Shown piece by piece: positions 32,073-42,406 of a stretch of DNA of 64,000 bases. The notes beneath the pieces were generated by a model. It did no database searches and was not told the DNA's origin. It saw nothing but the letters and a program-made list of their open reading frames with translations. Within the stretch, counting starts at the first letter, position 1. Each line of letters starts with the position of its first letter. The stretch lies in NCBI GenBank assembly GCA_049852185.1, contig CP187540.1; one strand, given 5' to 3'. This stretch comes from Methanocaldococcus sp. 28A (GTDB lineage Archaea > AGJL01 > Methanococci > Methanococcales > Methanocaldococcaceae). The translations under genes and the position numbers were made by a program.

Positions 32073-32399
32073 ATGGTTAAGTTTTGCCCAAAATGCAACA
32101 ACTTAATGCTACCAAAGGACGGAAAATTAAGATGTGTAGTCTGTGGTTATGAAGAAGAAACAACAGCTGAAGGAAGTAAAGAGTATGAATACAAGGAACA
32201 CTTAGAGAATAAGAAGGAAAAAATTACTGTTATTGAAAGTGAGGGCTTAGAAACATTGCCAACAACAAGAGTAGAATGTCCAAAGTGTGGGCATAATGAA
32301 GCTTATTGGTGGCTACAACAGACAAGATGTGCAGATGAGCCAGAAACAAGATTCTACAAGTGTAAGAAATGTGGACATACATGGAGAGAGTATGACTAA
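32073..32399 (+). CDS. tfs: Transcription factor S
   Basis: FCPKC zinc ribbon, QTRCADEPET acidic hairpin, CKKC. Confidence 0.95.
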   Translation: MVKFCPKCNNLMLPKDGKLRCVVCGYEEETTAEGSKEYEYKEHLENKKEKITVIESEGLETLPTTRVECPKCGHNEAYWWLQQTRCADEPETRFYKCKKCGHTWREYD

Positions 32400-32453
32400 T
32401 TTATTTAATAAATATAACTATTAATACCTATAGAGACTGCCAATAATTATATG

Positions 32454-32547
32454 ATAGGACTTTCGCACCATATATATTCCATAAAAAATATTATTTTTAC
32501 ATTCAAATTGTTATACTTTTTAATATTTATTTCTGTGAAAGTCCTAT
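32454..32547. repeat. Palindromic repeat family B
   Basis: ATAGGACTTTCGCA ... TGTGAAAGTCCTAT inverted ends. Confidence 0.8.
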
Positions 32548-32736
32548 AGAAAAATTATAATATCTGATAAAAATAGATTATCATGAAATGTTATAATAAA
32601 ATATTTAAATATGCTTGCAAAAGTCTATAAAAAAAGAAATATAATCAATGATTTCTACAATATCCAATTTCATATCCTCCTAATTTAATATTGTTTTAAA
32701 GTAATTCAATAATATAGAACAATTTTTTGACAATTG

Positions 32737-35700
32737 TTATTTTGGATCAATTCCTACGATAAATCCTTCATTTGTTATAGTATTTGTTATTATTGTAATG
32801 TTCTTTGTTTCGGTTGCATTTATTGTATTAAATTTGAACCAATAAATATTATTATAAGTTCCATTTTCATCAAAATCTCCAGAAATGTTTATTATATCTA
32901 TATTATCTGGTTTATACCAATAGACATAGACATCAGTAGTATTTACAAAACTCTTAACAGAAATAAAGTATTCGTTAGGTAATACAGAAATACTTGAAGT
33001 TATGGAAGTTATATTAATATTGGATATTACAGTTATTGTAATATTCTTGTAATCATCAGAATCCCAATGGACATAGTCGTTTGTCGCATTTACGGTTATT
33101 GTATAATTTCCTGGATTCGAAGGAGCCGTTAATGTAAAGTTTAAAGCAACTGTCTGATTTGGTAATATATATGGAATAACTTTATTAGTTTCCCCACTCC
33201 AGCCATTTGGAAGTGTTATATTTACAAATACATTTGACAAGTCCATAGTTCCTGTGTTTTTAACATATACTGTAAAATTAAAGGTTTCTGAGATATTAAC
33301 CAAAGTTTTTGTAGAAACATTAACTATTGACAAATTATATATTGGATTACCTGAAAGAATTCCTGTTTTTGTTGTTGTAGCTATCCTATAAACATTTCCG
33401 CCATCCAAATAGCTATCATACAAAAAATAATAATACAAATAATACAAATAATTATAATTATAATAATTGTTTCTATAATCAGAATAATCTTCTATTTCAT
33501 GAACAACAATTTTCCAGACACCATAATTTTGGTTAGGGTTAGGAACATTGACTCTATAATTATACCAAGTTTCATTTCCATATGCTGTAAATTCTTTATA
33601 TTTTGTTCCATTTGGTAAGTAAATAGAAACGTTTATCGCTCCATCTCCATCATATACTGATATATTAAATGACGAAAGCCCTTTAGGTGTTGAAATATAC
33701 CATGTTTTATTTTCTAAATTATTTGTATTCTCTCCAATAACCATAGCATCAGGAGTACCATAGTAAGTAGATCCATTTATAATATATGTTGTATTTAATT
33801 TTAAAACTGGAGAATTTATAGCTGATAAAGAGTAATAATTACCATTGCTACTAGGCCAACTGCTCTCAAAGATATCTACAATCCACCAACCGTATACATT
33901 ACTTGTATTAATTAAAAAATAATTTGGAGGTTCACCAGCTTGTGCATTATTTGGTGCTATATATGAACCATACAATGTTCCATTTGGATAAGATACATTA
34001 ACAGTTAATCCATCACCGTCATAAATACCAATAGTATATTTTGATGTTCCATAAGGTACCATTAAATAGTATCTATGAACCATATTAGTTTGATAATTCC
34101 TACATATTGTCGCCATTCCTGAGTCTGAAGATGATGGTGGTATTGGTATCTTAAACCACAATCCACTTGATATATTAGTCGCAAGTATTATTTGATTATC
34201 TCCATAACCATCGTCATCATAATCGTATTCTTGAGTTAGTTCTATTCTCCACCATCCAGTTTGTCCATGAATAGATATATTTTGAATTACCCATATTGGA
34301 TTGTCAATCTCACCATTCAAAAATGACCAACTATTATCATATGGATAAAATGAATAATATAATGTGCCATTAGGATAATAGACACTAACTTTTAATCTAT
34401 TTATGGTTATTGGTATCGTAATAATACCAAAGAGGTTTATGGATCCGTTTAAGTTATCCGGGTCAAATATTGCTATATTAAAATCTGATGTTGCATAGAC
34501 ATAGAAATCATGATAGTTAGAAGCGAGACCTCCAACACTTAACAATGTCGCATTTGGAGTTCCATAATAGGTAGTTCCATTTATAATATAGGTCATATTT
34601 ACTTTAAGGTCTAAACTATTACTACCGCTAATATTTAAACTGTAAAAATTTTCTCCAGGATATTGTGATAAACTATTATTAATAACAATTTTCCAAAATC
34701 CAAAAGCTCCGTTTGTATATATTTCAGTGTAATTCCAATTATTATTTGCAGATTCATTTAATTTTTTGTATAATGTCCCATTTGGATAATAGATAGATAC
34801 AATAAGACCATCCCCATCATAAACTCCAAAATTAAAATTGTTAATACCCTGAGGAACATAGAGCCAGTAAGTATGTACTTGCTGACCAACATCACTACCT
34901 ATTGCTACATCATACTCACCATAATATCCTACCCATCCAATTCCTCCATCATCTTCTATAATACCATTTATTTTGTTGTCATCATCTCCAAATTTTCCAT
35001 CTTCTAATGTTAAATTAACTACAATTTTATTTCTATAAATTTTTATTATTGCTGGATATTTTCTCCATAATAGAGTATTTGGATTAAACTTATAATATAC
35101 TAATTTTAATAAGCTTATATTTTTTGGAAATATCGTAAGATTTTCTAAATTATATGAAAGATTTAAGTTTTTTATATAGCTTATATTAGTTATATTTATA
35201 TTTGGTATTGAGTACAAATTAGAAAATTTTAGAGTATTTAAAAAAGTTATATTAGAATACTGATATATAATAGAAACTTTAACTTTTTCTCCTTTTGAAA
35301 TATTTGATATTCTAAACTTAATTAAGTTAAATGGGAAATTGGCATTAATTTTAACTGGTGTATCCTCTTCATCAACAAATTTTAAATAATCCAACTTACC
35401 TTTATTTATATTTACCGTTATGTTATACAATTCCTTTCCTTCTAAATCTTCAACATATAAAATTCCGGTTTTATTATTTTTAAATTCAGTTTTTACATTA
35501 TACTTTGGAATATATAGCTTAAATAGGTCAATTATAATACCATTTCTTTTTCTATCTTCATCTAATTTACCTCCATCTTTTAAATTAAATATTATTGTTT
35601 TTCTATCTTTTCCTATAGTGTAATTTATCAATATGGTTTCATTATTTATCTTTTTCCAATAGTATATATACATCCCTTCTGGAATTTTAAAAGGTAATTT

Positions 35701-37542
35701 AACAGTCAAATTAACTGAATCTCCAACTGATAAGTTATCTATTAATAAAAATACATTCCCGTTTTCAAACTTCAGCTCCTCAAATTTACCTTTGTTGATT
35801 GTAACATTTATCTTATAAAGTTTATTTCCATAAGGAATTATAATAGTTTTAAAGTCTGAAATATTTTCTAATTGTTTTGTTGTTTTTATTTGGATAGTTT
35901 TATTAACATTTCCGCAATATATTATTACTTTTTCAGTGTTTTTTGGAAATTTAATGATAAAAATACTATTATTTATTTTTATAATTCCAGTAATATTTTG
36001 AGGGATAACTGTATAATTAATGTATTTTGGAGGGATGTATTTCCAACTTATATTACCAACAATTTCAGAACCATTTAAATATGTATTTATACTATAATTA
36101 TCAACATAAACATCTTTTGTTATATTATCTACAACAATTTTATAAACTCCTATACTATTGACAACTAAAGTTGAAACAAATTCTTCTTTATTATATCTTG
36201 AAAAGTTTAAAGTTAAGTTTTTATATTGAGTGATAACTTTAGCATTTTCTGGTTTAAAGTTTGTATATATTTTGATTTTATTACCTACAAACGCAATTTC
36301 TGGAACTTTTAATAATAACTTTTTAATTTTAATATGAACTTTTGTTATAGCATTCCCGCACTTTAAAATTACTGTGTAATTACCATCTGTAAGATTTATA
36401 GGTATGCAAAAACTACCATTCTTAACTGTAACATTTCCACTTAAATTTATCGGCATAATAGTATAATCAACAATCTTTGGCATAATGTAATAATAACTCA
36501 CATTACCAACTATACTACTATTATTAAATTTAGCATTAATTTTGTAATAATCTACAACAAAGGTTCTTTTAATTCCATCAACTAAAACAGTATAATTTCC
36601 TAATATAATATCTTTATTTAGCTTTACTGATAAATAATAATATTTTCCTCGTTTATGGATTTTTAAATCTATAATTTTGTTATTTGGAGTTATTATATAT
36701 GCTTTATTTGGTTTAAAGTTGGTTTTTATAATTATTTTTTCTGATGGGAAATATACCTTTTTTAAAATTATCGTTTTGTTTATGTTGTTTAAAATATTAT
36801 TTTTAGAATAATTTAAATATATAGTTTTATTTAATGTTTCATTATCAAATTTTGAATAGATAGTTAGAGTAGTATTTAATAATAATGGATAAATAACGTA
36901 AGTATCTTCACTTATTTTTTTAAATTTAACATTTACATCTAAATCTTTATATTTAACAAATAGTTTTCCATTAGTTTTAACAATTAATTTAAAGTGATTA
37001 AATGAAACATTTAAATAATGGGGTTCTACTTTTGTATAATTTAAATATATAGTTTTATTTAATGTTTCATTATCAAATTTTGCGTAAATTTCAATTGGAA
37101 TATTTAAAATAACTGGTGAAATAATATAAGTTTCATTATTTATTTTAACAAATTTCAGAGATGTTTTATTAGCAAATCCATAAGGTATTCCATTGGTTTT
37201 TACAATAATTTTATATTCTTCTACAGAAACATTTAAATAATACATATCTTTTTTATAACTCTTATTCTTTTCTTTTGTTTTATTTATATAATTTGTTATA
37301 TTTTTTGTAATATTTTTGGTTATATTATTTAAATTGCTAAAATTAGTTATTGTACTTAAATTTATGCTTTCATTAAATTCTTCAGTTTGACAAATATTTG
37401 AAAAATTTCCAATGACTGTTGAATTTAAGTTATTAAAAGTTATGGATTCATTTAATGTTGATATATTAACTCCAACACTAATAGTTAAACATATTAAAAC
37501 TGTCAATATAAATATTGAAATGTTCTTTAAATTAAATATCAT
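32737..37542 (-). CDS. Large secreted surface glycoprotein/adhesin-like protein (1601 aa)
   Basis: Signal peptide, many N-x-S/T sequons, tandem beta repeats, two L.DG..D.D...NG.I.D (choice-of-anchor U-like) motifs, four V..Y.PNGT.Y repeats, CARDB-like domain, ends FIVGIDPK. Confidence 0.8.
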   Translation of the reverse strand: MIFNLKNISIFILTVLICLTISVGVNISTLNESITFNNLNSTVIGNFSNICQTEEFNESINLSTITNFSNLNNITKNITKNITNYINKTKEKNKSYKKDMYYLNVSVEEYKIIVKTNGIPYGFANKTSLKFVKINNETYIISPVILNIPIEIYAKFDNETLNKTIYLNYTKVEPHYLNVSFNHFKLIVKTNGKLFVKYKDLDVNVKFKKISEDTYVIYPLLLNTTLTIYSKFDNETLNKTIYLNYSKNNILNNINKTIILKKVYFPSEKIIIKTNFKPNKAYIITPNNKIIDLKIHKRGKYYYLSVKLNKDIILGNYTVLVDGIKRTFVVDYYKINAKFNNSSIVGNVSYYYIMPKIVDYTIMPINLSGNVTVKNGSFCIPINLTDGNYTVILKCGNAITKVHIKIKKLLLKVPEIAFVGNKIKIYTNFKPENAKVITQYKNLTLNFSRYNKEEFVSTLVVNSIGVYKIVVDNITKDVYVDNYSINTYLNGSEIVGNISWKYIPPKYINYTVIPQNITGIIKINNSIFIIKFPKNTEKVIIYCGNVNKTIQIKTTKQLENISDFKTIIIPYGNKLYKINVTINKGKFEELKFENGNVFLLIDNLSVGDSVNLTVKLPFKIPEGMYIYYWKKINNETILINYTIGKDRKTIIFNLKDGGKLDEDRKRNGIIIDLFKLYIPKYNVKTEFKNNKTGILYVEDLEGKELYNITVNINKGKLDYLKFVDEEDTPVKINANFPFNLIKFRISNISKGEKVKVSIIYQYSNITFLNTLKFSNLYSIPNINITNISYIKNLNLSYNLENLTIFPKNISLLKLVYYKFNPNTLLWRKYPAIIKIYRNKIVVNLTLEDGKFGDDDNKINGIIEDDGGIGWVGYYGEYDVAIGSDVGQQVHTYWLYVPQGINNFNFGVYDGDGLIVSIYYPNGTLYKKLNESANNNWNYTEIYTNGAFGFWKIVINNSLSQYPGENFYSLNISGSNSLDLKVNMTYIINGTTYYGTPNATLLSVGGLASNYHDFYVYATSDFNIAIFDPDNLNGSINLFGIITIPITINRLKVSVYYPNGTLYYSFYPYDNSWSFLNGEIDNPIWVIQNISIHGQTGWWRIELTQEYDYDDDGYGDNQIILATNISSGLWFKIPIPPSSSDSGMATICRNYQTNMVHRYYLMVPYGTSKYTIGIYDGDGLTVNVSYPNGTLYGSYIAPNNAQAGEPPNYFLINTSNVYGWWIVDIFESSWPSSNGNYYSLSAINSPVLKLNTTYIINGSTYYGTPDAMVIGENTNNLENKTWYISTPKGLSSFNISVYDGDGAINVSIYLPNGTKYKEFTAYGNETWYNYRVNVPNPNQNYGVWKIVVHEIEDYSDYRNNYYNYNYLYYLYYYFLYDSYLDGGNVYRIATTTKTGILSGNPIYNLSIVNVSTKTLVNISETFNFTVYVKNTGTMDLSNVFVNITLPNGWSGETNKVIPYILPNQTVALNFTLTAPSNPGNYTITVNATNDYVHWDSDDYKNITITVISNINITSITSSISVLPNEYFISVKSFVNTTDVYVYWYKPDNIDIINISGDFDENGTYNNIYWFKFNTINATETKNITIITNTITNEGFIVGIDPK

Positions 37543-37651
37543 AACAATCCCTTTATAAACTTTTTAAGTAATTTTATACTTAAAGGAATTATTTCAAAGT
37601 TTATAGAACAATTTTTTGATAATTTTCAAAAATTTAAAAAAGAGATTCTTA

Positions 37652-38383
37652 TTATTTATTTTTATCACCCTCCTTTTTTCTATTTTTTAAACTTAACTCA
37701 GTATATACCAAAATTATTATAACAATCACCAATATTGTAAGCCAAAATAATATATATCCATAAGTCGGTAGTTTTGGTAAAGGAAGTACAGAAAACTCTG
37801 CTTTAACTATAAATAACTTATCTTTTGGTATTTGGAAATTTTTACCATCAGGTTCTAGATAAGTTAAATGATAAGGAGATTTAAAATATATATTAAATTT
37901 CTTTATATTTAAATCACTTCCAATAGGAATTGAAACAGTTTTAAATAAAATTCCATTATCTACTATATCCGCATCATATTCAATAACTAAGGTAATATTT
38001 TTTCCACTATCTATAGGTTCCCATATTTGATACTCTATAACTGTGTAAGTATCTTTATAAGTTACAGTAACGTTCATTGGATATTTTTGATTTCCGATTA
38101 TATAATATCCTTTTAAATTTTTAATCTCTACAGGTTTTTTCTCTTTTGTAAATGGTATGGGTATTATAAATATCTTTTTTGGTTCTTCTTTTTGTAATCT
38201 TAATTCTCCAATACCTGGAACTATTGGATATTTAGCAATATTCTTTATTGTTATTATATTTGTTATATGTGTTGGGTTTTTGGTTAAATCTACTATCATT
38301 TCATAGTTTGAAATTTCTTCCACATCTGCAAATACAGATGACATTAAAACTAAGAATATAAAAAATAATATGACTTTTTTCAT
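37652..38383 (-). CDS. Secreted beta-rich protein with C-terminal membrane anchor
   Basis: Signal peptide (VFA-D), C-terminal TM helix plus basic tail. Confidence 0.8.
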   Translation of the reverse strand: MKKVILFFIFLVLMSSVFADVEEISNYEMIVDLTKNPTHITNIITIKNIAKYPIVPGIGELRLQKEEPKKIFIIPIPFTKEKKPVEIKNLKGYYIIGNQKYPMNVTVTYKDTYTVIEYQIWEPIDSGKNITLVIEYDADIVDNGILFKTVSIPIGSDLNIKKFNIYFKSPYHLTYLEPDGKNFQIPKDKLFIVKAEFSVLPLPKLPTYGYILFWLTILVIVIIILVYTELSLKNRKKEGDKNK

Positions 38384-38472
38384 TTTCTCCCTTCTTTATC
38401 CTCTTCAGAGTTTCTATCGTTAGTTTCATATCTTCCATTATTTACACTTACTTATTTATTTTTATATTCTTA

Positions 38473-38561
38473 ATAGGTCTTTCGCATGAATAAATTTTTA
38501 AAGATATTTTTGATGCTAGAGGTATCATATTTTCCTTATGTCATATAGTAAAAATTCCTAT
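38473..38561. repeat. Family B repeat (decayed)
   Basis: ATAGGTCTTTCGCA left end, TGATGC..GTATCA central stem, AAATTCCTAT right end. Confidence 0.65.
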
Positions 38562-38665
38562 TTAATCAAACATATAAAAGTTTAGTTAATAGACTTAATA
38601 AAATTAAAGATTTAAAATTAAAAAAATATAATATCATGTTTGATTAAAATTTAAAATAGAGATTA

Positions 38666-40546
38666 TTAGAGAGCATATTTCTTCAATCTTATTATTAATT
38701 CTAATCCTAATATTGCTGTTAGCAATGCTAATATAGGCTCATAGTTGTTTTCAATAGCTCCACTTACAGCACTTATTTTTGGTGAGGTTGTTGGGAGTAA
38801 TGAGTTTGTAGGATCAATACCTACAATGAATACATCACTTGGATAAAATGTCCCAGTTCCATTTAATTTATAGTGAATTACTACTGTTTGGTTCTTTAGT
38901 ATTTCAGTAGCATCATTCCAATCGCCATCTCCATCTGCTCCAGGATATATTGAATGTAATGCGTATATTAAGCTGTAGTTGTATCTTGGGTTGTTGTATA
39001 AAGGTATAGTAGTATTATAGATTACCATTGATGATTGATTTACCCAATCGTCATATCTTGTGAAATTCTTTGGAATTAAGTCATAAACATATACATATTC
39101 TGGAGTTTTTGCACTACCTATGTTTTCAACTACGATATATATATCGTAAGTTCCATCAGAATTTGGAATTATATGCTTAGTTACTTTAAGTAAGTACCCT
39201 CCTACAACATAGATTTTTTCAATTATAATGTATGAACTTCCATATTTGCTATTATCTTCATGCATTGAATAGTTTAATAGTGTTATATTACTATCCACAA
39301 CAGTAAATGTGCAGTTTGCCCATACTACTGGGACTCCATCAAATGTATAGCTATATTTAGATGTGTTCCAATAATCTCCTGGATTTAATATTATAGGTAG
39401 TGGATTACCAAATACATGTTTTGAGCCAGGGATTAAAAGGGAGATGTTGAATGGGTCTACAATTGTTGGATTACTTCCATTTACAGCCCATAAGGTAAGA
39501 TTTGTTAAGTTAAAGCTGTAGGTTTTAGCTAAGTTTGTGAAATTTGCCCTTTCATACCATATATTAAATGTTCCAGTTGAGGAATTATAGTAAGGTCCTT
39601 CTTTTAAAGCTTGTATAACTCCATTACCTGTAGCATAAACTCCAGCTATTGTTGTGTTACTTATTGTCCCATTGAATATAAATTTAATTACTGCAAATCC
39701 AAAATCTGCTGGTATTATATATCCAGACCTATTTACTGGAAAAGTATTATTCTCCTCAACTGTTATATTTATACTTGCATTTTGTGAGATATTTAAAATA
39801 ATTCCTGTCCAATTTAGTGAATCGTTTGCTGTTCCAGTGAAATAAGGACCATCCCATAATACATAACTACCAGTGCTATTTTCAACTTTTGTTATATTTA
39901 AAAATGTCCAATTACCATTTCCGTAGTCTGAACTACTATTACTTAAATATTTAGTCATACTTAAATAAACTTCAGTATTCGTTGAAGGTAATGCTGATAT
40001 ATTTCTTGATAAGTTTATATATATTGTGAAATTCCAATCCCTCTGAGCAGGCACTTTATTCAAAGAGTATTTTTCACTAACAATAATTGGAACTCCTCCA
40101 ATAGATTTATTAATCCCAAACTTTACAGCTACCCAGGTGTTGTTTGGTAAAATTGGAATGTGTATATATACATTACCTTTGCCAATTAATCCAGTATATG
40201 CAGGAGGTTCTGAAGATATATTTATTGAATCTGCTTTAGGAGCAGTAGTTAAATCATAATCTACAGTTAATGGAGTTACATTATTGGATACATTTACAGC
40301 AATCCAGACATCTGATAATGTGTCATTAATATCACTTGCTGTATTGTTTATTATAATGTATCCCGTTATATTGTAGCTTTCAATTTTTACTCCTTCTACG
40401 GTTGCAGTAGCCGTTATATTATACTTCTCTATATATGATATATATAATGGTCCATTATCACCATAAGCCGAAACCATTGTCAATATCTCTAAAATACATA
40501 AGATTACTACCAACAATGTAATAAATCTATTCATAATCATAATCAT
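38666..40546 (-). CDS. Membrane-anchored surface glycoprotein with Ig-like domains
   Basis: Signal peptide, many sequons, DUF11-like C-terminal domain ending FIVGIDP, then S/T/P linker, TM helix and RLKK tail. Confidence 0.8.
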   Translation of the reverse strand: MIMIMNRFITLLVVILCILEILTMVSAYGDNGPLYISYIEKYNITATATVEGVKIESYNITGYIIINNTASDINDTLSDVWIAVNVSNNVTPLTVDYDLTTAPKADSINISSEPPAYTGLIGKGNVYIHIPILPNNTWVAVKFGINKSIGGVPIIVSEKYSLNKVPAQRDWNFTIYINLSRNISALPSTNTEVYLSMTKYLSNSSSDYGNGNWTFLNITKVENSTGSYVLWDGPYFTGTANDSLNWTGIILNISQNASINITVEENNTFPVNRSGYIIPADFGFAVIKFIFNGTISNTTIAGVYATGNGVIQALKEGPYYNSSTGTFNIWYERANFTNLAKTYSFNLTNLTLWAVNGSNPTIVDPFNISLLIPGSKHVFGNPLPIILNPGDYWNTSKYSYTFDGVPVVWANCTFTVVDSNITLLNYSMHEDNSKYGSSYIIIEKIYVVGGYLLKVTKHIIPNSDGTYDIYIVVENIGSAKTPEYVYVYDLIPKNFTRYDDWVNQSSMVIYNTTIPLYNNPRYNYSLIYALHSIYPGADGDGDWNDATEILKNQTVVIHYKLNGTGTFYPSDVFIVGIDPTNSLLPTTSPKISAVSGAIENNYEPILALLTAILGLELIIRLKKYAL

Positions 40547-40799
40547 CCCTCCTTATAAATATATAAATTTTTTAGTGTATATCAATATTATAATTCGTTA
40601 TTTCATTATAAGTAATATATAGGCAAACTAAATATATATGGTTTTAAATATATATGGTTTACGGACAATCTTTAGACATTAATATTAATTAGATTTTTAA
40701 AATAATAAAATAATAATAAAATTATTTGAAATAGTAACTATAACACCTAATATATAAACATTTTCATATTAAAATTACTTATAGCTTCAACAAAAAATT

Positions 40800-42275
40800 T
40801 TAATTCAATAGCATATTAATTCCTTCCATAACTGCATCTACAGATGCTCTTATTATATCTGCATCAGATTTTCTAACTTCAACAATTTCAGTTCCTTTTC
40901 TTAATTTAACAACAACCTCTATTAAAGCATCTGTTCCTCCTCCTATTGCCTCAACTCTATACTCTTCTAACTTAATATCTGCTACTCCACTTATAGCTTT
41001 TCTTACAGCATTTATTGCTGCATCTACCGGCCCTACACCATAAGCAGTTTCGATTAAAGTTATATCTTCCCCCATATAATGAAGTTTAACAGAAGCAATT
41101 GGAGTAATTTTATTTCCAGAAACAACAGTTAATTCATCTAATTTAATTTTTTCCTTTACTACTTTTCCAGTAACTTCCCTAACTATGGCTAACAAATCAG
41201 CGTCTGAGATATATTTACCTAAATCTCCAAATTCTTTAATTCTTTCATAGATTATGTTTAATTGCTCCTCACTAACATCTATACCCATTAAATCAAGCTT
41301 ATATTTTAAAGCTTTTCTACCTGAATGCTTTCCTAAGATAATTCTTCTCCTATTTCCAACCATTTCTGGTTTTATTGGTTCATAAGTCTCAGTATTTTTT
41401 ATTAAACCATCAACATGTATTCCTGCTTCATGAGCAAATGCATTGTCTCCAACAATTGCCTTATTTGGTGGAACAGGAAGTTTCATCAATCTTGAAACAA
41501 TTCTTGAAACTTCATACAACTTCTCCATCTTTATATTTGTATCATAACCATAGAGTATTTTTAAAGCAGTTACAACTTCTTCCAATGAAGCGTTTCCTGC
41601 TCTTTCTCCAATACCATTAACTGTTACATGGCACTGAACTGCCCCTCCTAAAACTGCTGAACAGGTATTTGCTGTAGCCATTCCAAAGTCGTTATGGCAG
41701 TGAACTGATACTGGTAAATTAACGTTCTCAGTTATTTTTTTAAATAACTCTACACTTTTTTGTGGTGTTAAAACTCCTACTGTATCACAAACACAAACTC
41801 TATCTGCTCCAACCTTTTCTCCTTCATTAAACAATTTTATTAAGAAATTTACATCACTTCTTGTTGCATCCTCTGCAGATAATTCAACTATCAATCCATG
41901 GTCTTTAGCATATTCTACAGCTTTTAAAGCAGATTCTAAAACTTCGTCTTCTGTTTTTCTTAGCTTATATTTCATATGGATTGGTGATGTAGGCACTACT
42001 AAATGAACACTATCTACATCACATTCTAATGCCGCATCTATATCTATTGGTAAAGCTCTGACAAATGAACAGATTTCAGCATTTAAACCCTCTTTTGTTA
42101 TTAATTTTATTCCTTCTCTCTCCCCTTTTGAAGTTATAGCTGAGCCTGCCTCTATAACATCAACTCCCAACTCATCTAACTTTCTTGCTATCTCTAACTT
42201 ATCATTTGGTGTTAAAGAAACTCCTGGTGTTTGTTCTCCATCCCTCAAAGTTGTATCAAATATCCTCACTTTCAT
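40800..42275 (-). CDS. cimA: (R)-citramalate synthase (LeuA family)
   Basis: DTTLRDGEQ, HCHNDFG, GIGERAGN, regulatory domain GVGPVDA; recalled as closest to MJ1392. Confidence 0.8.
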   Translation of the reverse strand: MKVRIFDTTLRDGEQTPGVSLTPNDKLEIARKLDELGVDVIEAGSAITSKGEREGIKLITKEGLNAEICSFVRALPIDIDAALECDVDSVHLVVPTSPIHMKYKLRKTEDEVLESALKAVEYAKDHGLIVELSAEDATRSDVNFLIKLFNEGEKVGADRVCVCDTVGVLTPQKSVELFKKITENVNLPVSVHCHNDFGMATANTCSAVLGGAVQCHVTVNGIGERAGNASLEEVVTALKILYGYDTNIKMEKLYEVSRIVSRLMKLPVPPNKAIVGDNAFAHEAGIHVDGLIKNTETYEPIKPEMVGNRRRIILGKHSGRKALKYKLDLMGIDVSEEQLNIIYERIKEFGDLGKYISDADLLAIVREVTGKVVKEKIKLDELTVVSGNKITPIASVKLHYMGEDITLIETAYGVGPVDAAINAVRKAISGVADIKLEEYRVEAIGGGTDALIEVVVKLRKGTEIVEVRKSDADIIRASVDAVMEGINMLLN

Positions 42276-42406
42276 AACAATCCCTCATAAAAATAATTGA
42301 ATTTAATACTAATAAAAACTGTTTCAAATATTGGTTATAATATATTTAAAATTTTAGGTGAAATATCTAAAAACTAAAATCTGAAAATAGTTAATGAATA
42401 AATCTC

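Noticed and set aside
34982-34992. TCATCTCCAAA match to the putative omega-RNA guide
   Set aside because: Only ~11 nt, missing the guide 5' seed; plausible by chance.
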